Below, piece by piece: positions 38,085 to 50,109 of a stretch of DNA of 64,000 nucleotides. The stretch's first letter is position 1, and each line of letters begins with the position of its first letter. The notes beneath the pieces were generated by a model that saw nothing but the letters and a program-made list of their open reading frames with translations, was not told where the DNA came from and did no database searches. The DNA is from Verrucomicrobiota bacterium. GTDB taxonomy: Bacteria > Verrucomicrobiota > Verrucomicrobiia > Limisphaerales > AAA164-E04. The stretch covers positions 1,728,001-1,792,000 of the forward strand of contig CP170459.1 of the NCBI GenBank assembly GCA_047947115.1, in the 5' to 3' direction. The position numbers and the translations under genes are program-made.

Positions 38085-40682
38085 ATGATCTTATTCCCAA
38101 TTATTTTCAAATATTCCAATAAAAGCAAGATAGGCATGGGCAAACCATTGCTTACCTGGTTCGATTACGCTAGGATGCAGCCCATGACTCCCCGAACCAT
38201 TTGCAGCTTGATCGTCTTGTTAAGCATGTTTTGGGGCTCTCATTCCTTGCGGTTGAATGGGGGAGACTCGTCGCTGCACTGGTCTTTCCAGACACTCAGA
38301 CCTCTGTCAGAAATCGATTCCAAACTGCAGCCCATTGATTATTTTATTCAATCCAAACTGGAGGCATACGATCTTCAATTTCAGGAACAAGCTCCACCGA
38401 GAGACCTCCTGCGCCGACTTCATTTTGACATGCATGGATTGACGCCATCATTTGAAAGGATTCGAGCATTTGAACGGGCTTGGAATCCTGATGAAGCCTA
38501 TCGTCGTGAAGTGGAAAGTGTGTTGGCCAGTCCGCGTTATGGAGAGCGTTGGGCGCAGCATTGGTTGGATCTGGTGAGGTATGCCGATACACACGGATAT
38601 GAGGTCAATACCGAACGCCCCAATGCCTGGCCTTATCGGGACTACGTGATCGACGCGTTCAATCAGGACAAGCCCTACGATCAATTTGTCTTCGAACAAT
38701 TGGCAGGCGACACGGTGGGCGCGGATGCGGCAACAGGTTTTTTGGTGGCCGCTCCCGCGTTGTTGCCCGGACAGATTGGGCAGGATGATGCGTCCAAACG
38801 CCTGGCGCGTCAGGATGCGTTGGATGAAATCATTGTCGGGACAGGGGAAACGTTTCTGGCTATCAGCATTGGTTGCGCGCGTTGCCATGAGCATAAGTTC
38901 GATCCGATATCTACCGAAGATTATTACGCTTTCCAGGCTTTCTTTGCCGGTGTGGAGTATGGGGATCGTCCCATTCGGGATCCGGAAAGGGAGCGGACGA
39001 GGAAAGCGGCCCTGAAACAGATCGATCAACAATTGGTGGACACTCAGCATCAGTTGGAAGCATCCACCCCGCTGGCCAATGCGGATGCTGCGAGCGAAAT
39101 CAAAGCACGCGAACCGGTCAACACCCTTCGAAATGTCGATCGCTTTGCTCCGGTTGAAGCGAAAATGGTTCGCTTGACCGTGCTGGCTACCATGGATGAC
39201 AATCGTCATGAGCCGTGCATAGACGAGTTGGAAGTTTTTGGCACCGGTGCGACTCCCGTCAATGTGGCGCTTGCTGATCAAGGAGGCCAACCCAGTTCTT
39301 CGGGCAATTATTCAGAGACGGGGATTCATCAGTTAAAGCACGTCAATGAAGGTTTGTATGGCAATAGTCACAGTTGGATTTCCAACGAAAAGGGCGGGGG
39401 CTGGGTGCAGATCGAATGGCCGGAAACGCAAACGATCGACCGCGTGATCTGGTCGCGTGATCGCACCGGGCAATTCAAGGATCGGTTGGCCACGCGTTAC
39501 CGAATCGAAGTGGCCACAGAACCAGGCAAGTGGACGACCGTGGCTGGTTCTTGGGATCGTGTACCTTTCGGTGCTAGTGAATCAGAACTGGAATCCTTGA
39601 ATGCACAGGCGTTGAGCGAGGACGGGAAACAAAGAAAAGCTCTACAAGCAAAGCTGGCAACACTCACCAAGGAAAAGGAAGCTTTCCAGCAACGGTCCAT
39701 GGTTTACGGAGGCACCTTCCGCGAACCGGACACCACCTACGTTCTCCATCGCGGCGATCCCGAACAACCCCGTGAAACCATTGATCCAGGGGTGGCTTCT
39801 GTCTTGGGATCAGTGGGATTGGATGCAAACGCTTCGGATGCGGAGCGTCGAAAATCCCTGGCCGAATGGATCATCCGTCAGGACAATCCACTCACTGCAC
39901 GGGTGATGGTGAACCGGATTTGGCAGTTTCATTTTGGGCGCGGTCTGGTGGATACACCGAGTGATTTCGGTATCAATGGTTCGGCTCCGACGCATCCCGA
40001 ATTGTTGGATTGGTTGGCGGGTGAATTCATTCGGAGCGGATGGTCGGTCAAGCACATGCACCGACTTATTCTGTTATCCAAGACCTACCGGCAGTCCAGC
40101 CGCGTGCACGCTGAGGGAACGCGAGTGGATGCCGATGCACGATTATTATGGCGATTTCCATCAAGGCGATTGGAAGCCGAAGCCATTCGGGACAGCATGT
40201 TGCAGGTCAGTGGTTCATTGAATTTTACCATGGGGGGCGCGGGATTTGATTTCTTTAAAACCCGTGGAGGTTTGAGCGGTTACCCACCCGTGGAACAGTT
40301 CGGAGCCGAAGGGATGCGTCGCATGATTTATGCCCACAAGGTCAGGATGGAAAGGGTGCCGGTCTTTGGGGCCTTTGATTGTCCCGATGCCGGGCAACCG
40401 ATGCCGCGCCGCAATCAATCCACTACGGCGATTCAGGCCTTGAACCTGTTCAACAGTCCCTTCGTCATGGAGCAGTCCCAAAAGTTGGCCGGCCGAATCC
40501 GAGGTGAATGGCCCGATGATGTGATGACGCACCAATTAGTTGCTCAAACGTTTCAACAAACCCTTGGGCGCGATCCCAAAGTCCAGGAACGAAACGGCGC
40601 TGTTGCGTTGGTGGAAGCCGAAGGGTTGCCGATGCTTTGTCGCGTTTTGTTCAACAGCAATGAATTCCTGTTCATCCCATGA
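38085..40682 (+). CDS. DUF1549/DUF1553 (PSCyt2/PSD1) protein with F5/8-type insert; start probably ~38176-38184
   Basis: [81 protein letters not shown]. Confidence 0.95.
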   Translation: MILFPIIFKYSNKSKIGMGKPLLTWFDYARMQPMTPRTICSLIVLLSMFWGSHSLRLNGGDSSLHWSFQTLRPLSEIDSKLQPIDYFIQSKLEAYDLQFQEQAPPRDLLRRLHFDMHGLTPSFERIRAFERAWNPDEAYRREVESVLASPRYGERWAQHWLDLVRYADTHGYEVNTERPNAWPYRDYVIDAFNQDKPYDQFVFEQLAGDTVGADAATGFLVAAPALLPGQIGQDDASKRLARQDALDEIIVGTGETFLAISIGCARCHEHKFDPISTEDYYAFQAFFAGVEYGDRPIRDPERERTRKAALKQIDQQLVDTQHQLEASTPLANADAASEIKAREPVNTLRNVDRFAPVEAKMVRLTVLATMDDNRHEPCIDELEVFGTGATPVNVALADQGGQPSSSGNYSETGIHQLKHVNEGLYGNSHSWISNEKGGGWVQIEWPETQTIDRVIWSRDRTGQFKDRLATRYRIEVATEPGKWTTVAGSWDRVPFGASESELESLNAQALSEDGKQRKALQAKLATLTKEKEAFQQRSMVYGGTFREPDTTYVLHRGDPEQPRETIDPGVASVLGSVGLDANASDAERRKSLAEWIIRQDNPLTARVMVNRIWQFHFGRGLVDTPSDFGINGSAPTHPELLDWLAGEFIRSGWSVKHMHRLILLSKTYRQSSRVHAEGTRVDADARLLWRFPSRRLEAEAIRDSMLQVSGSLNFTMGGAGFDFFKTRGGLSGYPPVEQFGAEGMRRMIYAHKVRMERVPVFGAFDCPDAGQPMPRRNQSTTAIQALNLFNSPFVMEQSQKLAGRIRGEWPDDVMTHQLVAQTFQQTLGRDPKVQERNGAVALVEAEGLPMLCRVLFNSNEFLFIP

Positions 40683-42160
40683 AGTTTTCCCGACCATCTC
40701 CCTACACTGAAGGACAACAAGGCAAGGCTTTGCTCAATCGGCGTGACTTCCTTGGGAGCACGGCGACGGGGCTGGGAGCAGTTGCCTTGACGCATCTGCT
40801 ATCACGGGATGCTTTGTTGGCCAAAGAAGTTCCATTGATTGATCCGGCACGTCCGCATCTGGCGCGAGATCCTCATTTTCCCGCGCGCGCCAAGAATGTG
40901 TTGGTGCTGTTTTGCGCCGGAGCCTGCAGTCAGTTGGAAACATGGGACTACAAACCGGAATTGTTCCGGCGCGACGGACAACCCATGCCCGGCGGACCTT
41001 CGGTGACGTTTCAGGGACCATCCGGTAACCTTGCGAAACCACAGTACGCCTTTCGTCCGCGCGGACAAACCGGCAAAATGGTTTCCGATATGTTGCCTCA
41101 TTTGGCGAAGTGGACCGATGAGCTGGCTTTCGTGCACACCCTGACCAGCAAAAGCAACACACACGGACCCGCCGAGAATTTTCTATCGACTGGTTTTGCT
41201 CTCGACGGATTTCCCAGCATTGGCGCCTGGGTGACTTATGCCTTGGGAACCGAGAATGAGAACCTTCCTGCCTTTGTGGCGATTCCCGATCCTCGTGGCG
41301 TGCCTCAGGCGAGCATCAACAACTGGGGGCCGGGATTCCTGCCGGCGGAATTTCAAGGCACGCCTTTCAATGTCAGGAATCCCATACAAAACTTGAATCG
41401 ACCTGAGAACGTCAGTGCTCAGGGAGATGTGGCAGCGAGAAACTTTTTGCGTCAGATACAGGAGGAACACCTGGCATCCAACGCCGGTGATTCGCAGTTG
41501 TCGGCAAGGATTGCCAGTTACGAACTGGCCGCCCGCATGCAATTGAGCGTGCCCGACATCATGGATCTGTCCACCGAACCGGATTACATCCTGAAGTCTT
41601 ACGGCGCGGACGATGGCGACAACAAGGTGAAAGCCGACTTTGCCAAAAACTGCATCCTGGCACGTCGATTGATCGAGAAAGGCGTGCGATTTGTTCAGTT
41701 ATTCAATGGCGCCTACGCCTCAGGTGGGGCGCTCAACTGGGATGGTCACAACAAACTGAAACCCCAATACGACGTGCACGCCGAGATCTTCGATCAGCCC
41801 GCCGCCGCCCTTCTGGAGGACCTCAAGCAGCGAGGGTTGTTGGAAGACACTTTGGTCGTATGGTGCACAGAATTCGGGCGCATGCCGATGTTCCAGAAAG
41901 GAGCCCAGGGACGTGATCACAATCCCAACGGATTCACCGCCTGGATGACCGGCGCCGGAGTGAAAGGAGGCGTCAGCTACGGCGCCACCGACGAACTAGG
42001 CTACGAAGCTGTGGAAAAGGTCAGCTCCATCCACGACCTCAACGCCACCATCCTTCACCTGCTCGGACTGGATCATGAGTTGTTGACCTATCGCCACAAT
42101 GGGTTGGAGCGGAGATTAACGGATGTGCATGGGTATGTGTTGAAGGAATTGTTGGTGTAA
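40679..42160 (+). CDS. DUF1501 protein with Tat signal
   Basis: [47 protein letters not shown]. Confidence 0.95.
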   Translation: MKFSRPSPYTEGQQGKALLNRRDFLGSTATGLGAVALTHLLSRDALLAKEVPLIDPARPHLARDPHFPARAKNVLVLFCAGACSQLETWDYKPELFRRDGQPMPGGPSVTFQGPSGNLAKPQYAFRPRGQTGKMVSDMLPHLAKWTDELAFVHTLTSKSNTHGPAENFLSTGFALDGFPSIGAWVTYALGTENENLPAFVAIPDPRGVPQASINNWGPGFLPAEFQGTPFNVRNPIQNLNRPENVSAQGDVAARNFLRQIQEEHLASNAGDSQLSARIASYELAARMQLSVPDIMDLSTEPDYILKSYGADDGDNKVKADFAKNCILARRLIEKGVRFVQLFNGAYASGGALNWDGHNKLKPQYDVHAEIFDQPAAALLEDLKQRGLLEDTLVVWCTEFGRMPMFQKGAQGRDHNPNGFTAWMTGAGVKGGVSYGATDELGYEAVEKVSSIHDLNATILHLLGLDHELLTYRHNGLERRLTDVHGYVLKELLV

Positions 42161-42187
42161 CGATAGCCGTTGATGAATAATTGGAAC

Positions 42188-42436
42188 ATGGAGCGAGCGA
42201 AAATCATCAATGATGGAGATGATCAGATGGTGATACTTCCACCGGAATATCATTTGGATGCGGATCACGTATTTGTAACACGTAAAGGTTCGTCTGTGAT
42301 GTTGTTGAGTAACCAGAAAGCATGGGATGTGATATTTCAGATTACCGATGAAATCACAGATGATTTTATGGAAGAACGACATCAAGTCTCCGGTAACTGT
42401 AGAAAAACCAAGTTAGATGAAAGTCAAAAGAGATAA
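42188..42436 (+). CDS. Orphan AbrB/VagC-type (VapB-like) antitoxin
   Basis: AKI..DG..Q.V.LP.EY.L....V.V.R.G..V.L...W......TDDFMEERHQ; no PIN toxin follows. Confidence 0.7.
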   Translation: MERAKIINDGDDQMVILPPEYHLDADHVFVTRKGSSVMLLSNQKAWDVIFQITDEITDDFMEERHQVSGNCRKTKLDESQKR

Positions 42437-42498
42437 AAAGGCAGCAGCGATGAAAGATCCTTCAGGTGGAGTGGTACGCGTTCTTAAGGTGCGATGAT

Positions 42499-45276
42499 CT
42501 AATTTTCTTTCGTGTTATTTCTATTGTTCATTGTTCTTAGATACTCCCTAAACTCCTGCTGCATGCACCAGGCTTCGATTTCGAACCAGGAGTAGGGCCA
42601 TTCCCCCTCATTAACGTCCACTTTTCGTTTTGTGTTGGATGGCAGAAGAAACTGCCATTTGTCCAAATCATCCACTCGGTCAAGAGCGTTCAGGATGCAA
42701 AAGGAGTGAAAGCCAGCCCAAGTATCGCGTGCGCCAAACTGGGCGCTAGGACCTCCATTGATTTTGTAACGAGACTTTTTACTGCGAACGTAAAAACGTC
42801 CTTTTCCGAAATAGTTTCTTAGCAATCCTTCAATGCAGGCTTCGCGGTCAATAAAATGCAGACCTCCCGTGAGATCCAGTATGGACAGAGCTTGCCAAGT
42901 GTCCGTGAAAGGGTCGTTGTCATTCAGGAAAAACAAGCCATGCATATCCTCCAGAACAATGGGTTGATTTCTCCCAACGGAAAGTGTGGTGTCCAGATAT
43001 TGGTTGTTCGCGATAATCTTGTGAGTTTCTTCAAAGTCCAATTGTTCGAGATTGACTCGATCCTGAAGGAATAATATTTGCTTGTGCAGAGTGGAGGGCC
43101 ATATCCCAATCGAAGTATAACCTTCATATTGACCGGACATCACTACTTTCCAGTCCGGTGTTTTTTTATCCAGTATTTGAAGCCAATCTGTCTCATTCAA
43201 TTCCGGAATCTCCCAAACAGGTGAGTAGGAAATATAAGATTGTGTCATGAAGGACAGATAAACCGCGGGTTTGGTGTATGAAGTATCGATCAATCTGTCT
43301 TCCAAAAGTTTGTCGAATTCCCTTTGAAAAGTGTTGTTGACCGCTGAAAGTGCAGTTGGTGAATACATTTTTAACGTAGGTGCGGCGTGACCGAACTGAT
43401 GGAGTTGACGGTATTTTTCCCAAGCTTTTGTTCCTTTTTCACCGGGATCGGCTAAAAAATCCAAAAACTCCCGGACATCCCTCTCCTGCAGGCTGATTTC
43501 CTTCATCTGCCATAAGTCCAATGGAATGACCATTTCTTCCACCAAGAACTGAAAAAGGCAAAGAAGGGCCAGGAAAACGTTCCCACCTATTCCAAAGCGA
43601 ATGCGCATTTGATTTCCTTTGGCTTTTGCGGGTGTTACATGAAATGTTTCCGATTCGCCTCCAAGACCAAGCTCTTTTCTTGTTTGGTCTAATTCATCGC
43701 ATCGCCAATGGGTAAATGCGGAACGAATGGCAGATGTAACCAGTTGGTTGATTCTTTCCTGACCATTTTGTAGGTCACCCTTGAACAAAAAAACCGGCAG
43801 TTTTTCGATATCTTTTTGTCCCAGTTTGGCTCGGAATTCCCCGTTGTAACCCAGAAAGACCACGGAAGCCCCCTTCCACCAGAACGGGTAAAGAATGGAG
43901 GAGATGGGATTTGCTTTGTAAGGGGTTGTTCTTACCCATATTCCTTCTTTGACGGCTCGCATCGACACTACATGGAATTCCTTGGCCAGATAGGTCACGA
44001 ATGATCTGATTTCAGACTTTTGAACATTGGGCGGTTCAATCGGCACTGGTTCACATTCCGCGGACACATCATCACCGGAATGTCGGTGGGCCAGTCTGGA
44101 AAAAAGGGATAAATCCCGGCCCATGGGAAAGTTTTTTGTCGCTAATGTATTGATAAGGATAAACAGAGCAAAACAGAATTGCTGCACATAAATGGGCCAC
44201 TGCAGGAAGTGGTATCCAATCACGCCCAGTCCGAGAATGCCTAGCCCCACAGTCATCTGCAAATACATGGAATGTCTCATGGCGGGACCTTGGGTGATGA
44301 GCGGTATGATTGGTAAGATCACAAAAATGCAAGAAAATGCTGCATAGAATTGCATGCCGTCTAGCCGTGCTGCGATTTAAGCAAGGAACATGAATAGGAT
44401 CGACATTCCAAGAACCATAAGAAGATTCCATTTTGACTGTGAACGAAATGACTGCGCTTCGTACCCAGTCTGGTCCTTGAAATTTCGCATGACCAGTCGG
44501 TCATACCATTTCCACAAAAGCGTCATGGGCAGCAAACTCAATAACTGGGCTCCGAACAAGAACCAGTTCAGCACCGGCAGGCTTGCGACACTCATTCCAA
44601 ATGCCTTCAGTCCATACGAACCCGGTGTCTTCAACATGACGGCTGCCATGATTGCATGTCTGGCCTTTTCCGATGGTTTCAGTTTTTTGAGTTGGGTTTC
44701 GATGTGGTGTTCCAGTTGGGTGCGGAGAGCGGTGCGGGCCCGGTGGAGGCGGGTTTTGAAATTGCCGGGGGTGATGTTCAGCGATTGTGCCGAGGCTTCG
44801 ATGCTTTTGCCTTCCAGATAAAACAAGGTCAGGCATTCACGGTAGGAACCCCGCATGCCGGACATGATCTCGCTGAGTGTTTCCTTGTTGACGGGTTCCC
44901 CGGAATCATTGGATTCCTCCGTTTCGGATAATTCTTCTGTCGGCGTGGGTTGTTCAAACGCCCAGCGGCGGCGCTTCTTCAGTTCGTTCCGGTGTCGGAT
45001 GCCCAGGTTGATCGCCGTGTTCCTTGCGATGCGCACAATCCAGGAGAGAAACTTGGACGGATCCTTCAACTGGTTCAATCGTTGGTAACCTTGAATGAAG
45101 GTTTCCTGAACAACCTCCTCCGCCAGGTGCCGGTCGCCCAGACGACTCCACGCCACCGCGTAGACCTTGTCGGAATGACGATCCACCAGATCGTGATATC
45201 GCTCCCGTTGACCGCCGAGAACGGCTTCGATCACTTCAGCTGCTTCTGTCTGTATCTTATCCCTGGAATGCTCCAT
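42499..45276 (-). pseudogene. ECF sigma factor fused to a multi-pass membrane region and C-terminal helical domain, interrupted by one in-frame TAA at 44377-44379
   Basis: Sigma2 (AEEVVQETF..GY..L..L.DP..F..W...IARN) and sigma4 (LFYLEG.S...A..L.I....KTRLHRAR); ORFs 44377-45276 and 42499-44355 share a frame, with only GCT TAA ATC between hydrophobic helices. Confidence 0.8.
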
Positions 45277-45291
45277 AAAACGTTACCCCAA

Positions 45292-45318
45292 AGACATGCG
45301 ACCGTCCAAAAGGTTACA
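45292..45318 (-). promoter_or_regulatory. Candidate ECF autoregulatory promoter
   Basis: TGTAACC-N16-GTCT on the minus strand, 15 nt upstream of the sigma ATG. Confidence 0.55.
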
Positions 45319-45586
45319 GTTTGTCATGAGGTTTGAAACGTTTACGAATGATGCAGGAAATTCAATGACAAGGAAATCCAGAAAATGTCCTTGGCTTTGC
45401 GATAAAAACAAAAAGGAATGAAGTGAGGTATGCCTCTCGAAGTTTAATTCTAAAAAAAGAACTCAGTATTTGAACTGAGCAGTTATGTATTTACGACATT
45501 AGGTATTAAAACGCGACATTTTTACCTGCACGTAGCAAATAGGTTGTGCAGGAAGGTGGAAAAAACAATAAAGATCACCGAATCTC

Positions 45587-45881
45587 TTGACTGTCATTAT
45601 GGTTGTTGGTATCTACGTCGTATTGCGATACCAAATAGCCGGGTTTTGCCTCAATCCGATCGATAGGAAATCGATAGCTTTCTGCAAGGTTCCAGCAATT
45701 GGAACGATTGGTGATTCGCAAAGAAGAGGGCGTGTTTATGGAGGAGATTCCTCCCTCATCGAAGCTGTATCCTTGGGATACTTTGTGGTTTTCGCACACA
45801 ACAGCGAACGACCCGGTGATATTCCATTGGACCTCATTCCGTGTTGTGAAACATGGGGGTTATAAATCAAACAAAAGGTAA
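45587..45881 (+). pseudogene. Possible small membrane-anchored protein, frameshifted near 45695
   Basis: Hydrophobic TVIMVVGIYVVLR in one frame, continuing in ORF 45699-45881 that ends 6 nt before the next ATG. Confidence 0.3.
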
Positions 45882-45887
45882 ATCACG

Positions 45888-46940
45888 ATGAAACACACGC
45901 AACTCAGTAAAATGGCCATCACCCTGTTGATTGGCTCGATACTCACCTCCGTCACCCTACAAGCCGGATGGATCAAAGGCGCCAAGTATGCCTACAACGT
46001 TCTGGACGGTTTCGGTACCTGGTCCTTCTACTCTGAACTGCTTGAAAATGAAATCTTCAAACCAAATCGCGCGGAAGCCAAACTCCGTGCAAGGCCTGAT
46101 CTCTACACCTATGAAAAAACGACGACCAGTGGAGCATACCATGGAAAAGCACTCGAAGAATCCGAAGCGGGAGCATTCGGCCAAACTCATAATGTTCACA
46201 ACTACGCTGGAAATTATGCGGAATACATCATTCATTGGATCATTGTGGAGTACGATGAGGAAGATGAAGAACATTACGTGGTCAATGGGGCGGGAGGAGC
46301 CTCCAACGGTCCTCATTGGTGGTCGAAAAGCATCTGGGAAAGTTTCGTTGACTCACCTGCAGCTGCCAAAGAAAGCAGTTGGTGGGAAGCCATGATGACC
46401 GGAGACAATTGGTCACGCACAGGTTTCTGGATCACCATCGGCAGTTCCGTCAAGCTGGAATACCCTGACGTCACCATCAAGTCGGATGTCTGGAATCCTG
46501 CACCATTTGGAACCGTCCTCGACGGCCAACTCGTCAACACCGCCAAAAACTTCGGCGGGACTGGACTCAATTACACCGCAAAGGTGCATTTTGAACTGCA
46601 AAAACTAACATGGATTTCTGGCCCCAATGGCACGGGTTACTGGACTAATACAGATTGGAAAACTAATATTGCAGACAAGTTCACGCATGTTTTTCCTGGT
46701 TACCAAGATTCTTCTACAACCAAGTCGCTTTGTCCCCAAAATCATCGTATCCGGCGCGAGGAAGTCAAAGGTGGAATGGATATATGGTGGAACCAAAACA
46801 TTAGCTATTCCAATGCAACTGTTGAGACTCAGGAACTCGATGAGCAAGGCAACCGAACGGGACCAATCGAAACACATACTGGATACATACAGAAGAACAT
46901 CGATTATGTTATAGATTTCAGCACTGAATCACCAGATTGA
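45888..46940 (+). CDS. Secreted hypothetical protein, Trp/Asn/Thr-rich
   Basis: Signal peptide ending LQA; 350-aa ORF with no recognised motif. Confidence 0.75.
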   Translation: MKHTQLSKMAITLLIGSILTSVTLQAGWIKGAKYAYNVLDGFGTWSFYSELLENEIFKPNRAEAKLRARPDLYTYEKTTTSGAYHGKALEESEAGAFGQTHNVHNYAGNYAEYIIHWIIVEYDEEDEEHYVVNGAGGASNGPHWWSKSIWESFVDSPAAAKESSWWEAMMTGDNWSRTGFWITIGSSVKLEYPDVTIKSDVWNPAPFGTVLDGQLVNTAKNFGGTGLNYTAKVHFELQKLTWISGPNGTGYWTNTDWKTNIADKFTHVFPGYQDSSTTKSLCPQNHRIRREEVKGGMDIWWNQNISYSNATVETQELDEQGNRTGPIETHTGYIQKNIDYVIDFSTESPD

Positions 46941-46958
46941 TCCATTATTTACACGATC

Positions 46959-48179
46959 ATGAAACGAAAACAAATTTTCCAGGTTTTGGTTTTGATTCCT
47001 CTGGCCATCCTTTGTGGTCTGATCATCAGGGATCGTAGCCCTTATTTTACCCCGATGGTTATTGACTCCTTCAGAGAGGAACCTGATATTCCCACGCCCT
47101 TGCCGCAGAAAAAGTGGAAACCCTTGTCCCAACGTCTGAGTGAGTCGGGGCTTCTAGCCGAGAAACCCGAAAAAGTTGAAGAGATCCGTTTGGCCAAATG
47201 GAAAGCAGAGTTCCCTTGGAAACCAACCCATGACCCAAAATTAGAATTCGATCCAGACCGACATTTCGAAAACCGTGCTTTGGGAAATAAGAGTAACACC
47301 GAATGGGCTACGAGGTTTAACCATACTTATTTGAAAAAGTTCTTTCAAAATGATGAGCGCTTCCTGCCTCAGTTTGAAAAGTTTTACCGGATACTGAAAG
47401 AGTATGATCGAGGCCATAACCCAGTCATGGTAGGAAGGGCATTTTGGGCTTTTAGGCATTACCATCACGCCGCCTTTGAGCGTGATCCAGATGAATACGT
47501 TCTATCAAATGGAAAAAAGGTTAGAAACGGTCTTTTTAGTTACCTGACCTGGGGAGATGAAGTTTCAGGCTATCATGAGAGTCTACGAGGATATTTAAGG
47601 GATTGGGAGTGGTTACGTCCTTCATTTGAAACGATAGAAGGTAAGTTCAATGCAAATGCGTTAATTGAAAAACTCGTGGCTGAAATTGATGGAATGGAGA
47701 CATTGCCCCTAGATGTCATGACCAGTGGAGGTCCTTTGTTAGATTCCTATCCTGATGCCGAAGCACTACTTTCCGGTGAAGAAGAACTGCTGGTTCCCTA
47801 TGCCGGTTGGAATGAGGAGAGCGAGCGCTATTGGGGGGAGCAGACGCGTCAGTTTGAAAAGAGTTACGCAGAAGGAGATCCATCCCTTAAAGCGGCCGCT
47901 CCGGAGCTTTTCCCGCCGGTGGGTGTGAAAGATGGGCAATTGGTGGACAAGGACGGCGATCCGGTGCAATGGCGGGAAGGCACCGATATCGTCCTTGTCA
48001 ATGAACGTGGCGAACGCGTCCCGGTGATCATTGAGGATGATGGAACCATCAGTCTTCCTTCGCCCGAGGACGTCGCCGTTATGCGCGAGAACGGCCAGGT
48101 TCAAAGTGCTGATTTCAATGATCTGCCTCCTGAAATGGCTGAGGCGATTTTAAAGGAAAAAGCAGCAGAGAGTCCATAG
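46959..48179 (+). CDS. Membrane-anchored hypothetical protein, paralog 1
   Basis: Basic N-terminus plus TM helix; full-length homology to 48196-49415. Confidence 0.8.
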   Translation: MKRKQIFQVLVLIPLAILCGLIIRDRSPYFTPMVIDSFREEPDIPTPLPQKKWKPLSQRLSESGLLAEKPEKVEEIRLAKWKAEFPWKPTHDPKLEFDPDRHFENRALGNKSNTEWATRFNHTYLKKFFQNDERFLPQFEKFYRILKEYDRGHNPVMVGRAFWAFRHYHHAAFERDPDEYVLSNGKKVRNGLFSYLTWGDEVSGYHESLRGYLRDWEWLRPSFETIEGKFNANALIEKLVAEIDGMETLPLDVMTSGGPLLDSYPDAEALLSGEEELLVPYAGWNEESERYWGEQTRQFEKSYAEGDPSLKAAAPELFPPVGVKDGQLVDKDGDPVQWREGTDIVLVNERGERVPVIIEDDGTISLPSPEDVAVMRENGQVQSADFNDLPPEMAEAILKEKAAESP

Positions 48180-48195
48180 ACGGTGGTGCCATATC

Positions 48196-49415
48196 ATGAA
48201 ACGGAAACGCTGCTTGCAAATCGTGGTTTTGCTACCTCTGGCCATCCTTTGTGGTCTGATCATCAGGGATCGTAGCCCTTATTTTACCCCGATGGTTATT
48301 GACTCCTTCAGAGAGGAACCTGATATTCCCACGCCCTTGCCGCAGAAAAAGTGGAAACCCTTGTCCCAACGTCTGAGTGAATCGGGGCTTCTAGCCGAGA
48401 AACCCGAAAAAGCGGAAGAGATCCGTTTGGCCAAATGGAAAGCAGAGTTCCCTTGGAAACCCACCCATGATCCCAAACTTCAATTTGATCCTATTAGGCA
48501 TTTTTCAAATCGAGCTTTGGGCAACAAAAGCAACACGGATATGGAGACAAGAATCAATCACTCATATCTGAGAAAGTTCTTTCAAAGTGATGAGCGATTC
48601 CTTCCTCAATTTGAAAAGTTTTATAGGATCATGGCCGAGCATGACAGAGGACACAACCCAGTCATGGTGGGGCGGTGTTTTTGGGCTTTCAAACATTACT
48701 ACAATGCCGCCTTTGAGCATGATGCTGAGGATTATGTTTTTGAGAATGGTGAAAAGGTGAAGAAAGGATTGTTTAGCTATTTGACTTGGGGAGATGAGGT
48801 TGAAGGATATAGGGAAAGTCTCTGTGGGTATTTACAGCATTGGGCGTGGTTAAATCCGACATTTAAAACGGATAAGGGTGAAGCGGATGCTTATTCATTA
48901 ATCAACCGTTTGGTTTCTGAAATTGATGGTATGGAGCTATTACCAATTAACGTCATGAGTGGTGAACGAATATTATGGGATGAACACCCCGATGCCCAAG
49001 AGCTTCTTTCCGGCGAAAAGGAGCTCTTGGTTCCCTATGCAGGTTGGAACGAGGAAAGTGAACGATACTGGGGGAGCAGACGCGTCAGTTTGAAAAGAGT
49101 TATGCCGAGGGAGACCCTTCCCTCAAGGCGGCCGCTCCGGAGCTTTTTCCACCGGTTGGTTTCAAAGATGGGCGATTGGTGGATAAAGATGGAGATCCTG
49201 TGCAATGGCAAGAAAGCACCGACATTGTCCTTGTCAATGAGCGTGGCGAACGCGTCCCGGTGATCATTGAGGATGATGGAACCATCAGTCTTCCTTCGCC
49301 CGAGGACGTCGCCGTTATGCGCGAGAACGGCCAGGTTCAAAGTGCTGATTTCAATGATCTGCCTCCTGAAATGGCTGAGGCAATTCTGAGGGAAAGAGCT
49401 GAAGGTGAACAATAA
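48196..49415 (+). pseudogene. Membrane-anchored hypothetical protein, paralog 2, with a 1-nt deletion frameshift in a G-run at 49070-49074
   Basis: G5 here vs G6 at 47833-47838 in paralog 1; ORF 49176-49415 continues the homology. Confidence 0.85.
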
Positions 49416-49560
49416 ACAATCGATAGGGTTTCATGTTGCCTGGCATCCCTTACTTCCCCTTACCTTCCGTCAATGCGCGAAGCCTAAAGAGTTTGATCGG
49501 GGCGTCGGATCATCGATTTTGAACTTGAAGATTATCTTGGAATGTCTGGTTTAAGTAGAC

Positions 49561-49803
49561 ATGGAAGCTTCGGTTGATGATTTGAGATATCATATGAAAG
49601 ATGTACTACAGGCTTTGGGAAGGAATGAAGAAGTCAAGGTGCTCCACCGAGGGACACTCATAGGGGCCATTGTGCCTGCAAAATCAAAAAGAAAGGGTAT
49701 GCTTGTGCAAGATCATCCGCTATTTGGTTGTCAAACGAAGTCCCGGAAAACGGTGGAAGAGATCATAGACGAACTAAGAGAGCCCAGTTACCGTGATATT
49801 TGA
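49561..49803 (+). CDS. Phd/YefM-like antitoxin
   Basis: ASVDDLRYHMKDVLQAL.RNEEV.VLHRG...G.IVP; followed by an overlapping PIN-type start. Confidence 0.8.
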   Translation: MEASVDDLRYHMKDVLQALGRNEEVKVLHRGTLIGAIVPAKSKRKGMLVQDHPLFGCQTKSRKTVEEIIDELREPSYRDI

Positions 49804-49810
49804 TACCGAC
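49793..49810 (+). pseudogene. Six-codon stub of a PIN toxin (MIFDTD)
   Basis: GTG ATA TTT GAT ACC GAC overlaps the antitoxin stop, then the frame loses any PIN resemblance. Confidence 0.55.
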
Positions 49811-50109
49811 TCATTCAAACCTGCCTTCAATTGCGGTGCTCATAAGGTGCAATTTTGGACTACGGTGTGCAGCACCCCTTTGGATACGCAAGGGAAGGGT
49901 TATGGGCTCGCTTCTGCAATTTGAGCAACACCTTTGCATGCGGACAGTATCCAAAGCGATGTCGTGACCACCGCAATCCAAAAAGGTGTTGGATATTCCC
50001 GGGTTGCTCGATGCTTTACCTCTGTTTTTTAACCTTTATCCTAGCGGGATCTCAGTTCTGAAAGAAATGAAGAAGTGACTATTGTTTTGATTGAAGTAAA
50101 ATCGTCTTC

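Noticed and set aside
45462..45552. Short palindromes (CTCAGT-N6-ACTGAG, CCTGCAC-N13-GTGCAGG) as operators
   Set aside because: Too short to distinguish from chance without comparative data
46959..49415. Diversity-generating retroelement TR/VR pair
   Set aside because: No reverse transcriptase in the window, and differences are not adenine-specific and span whole genes
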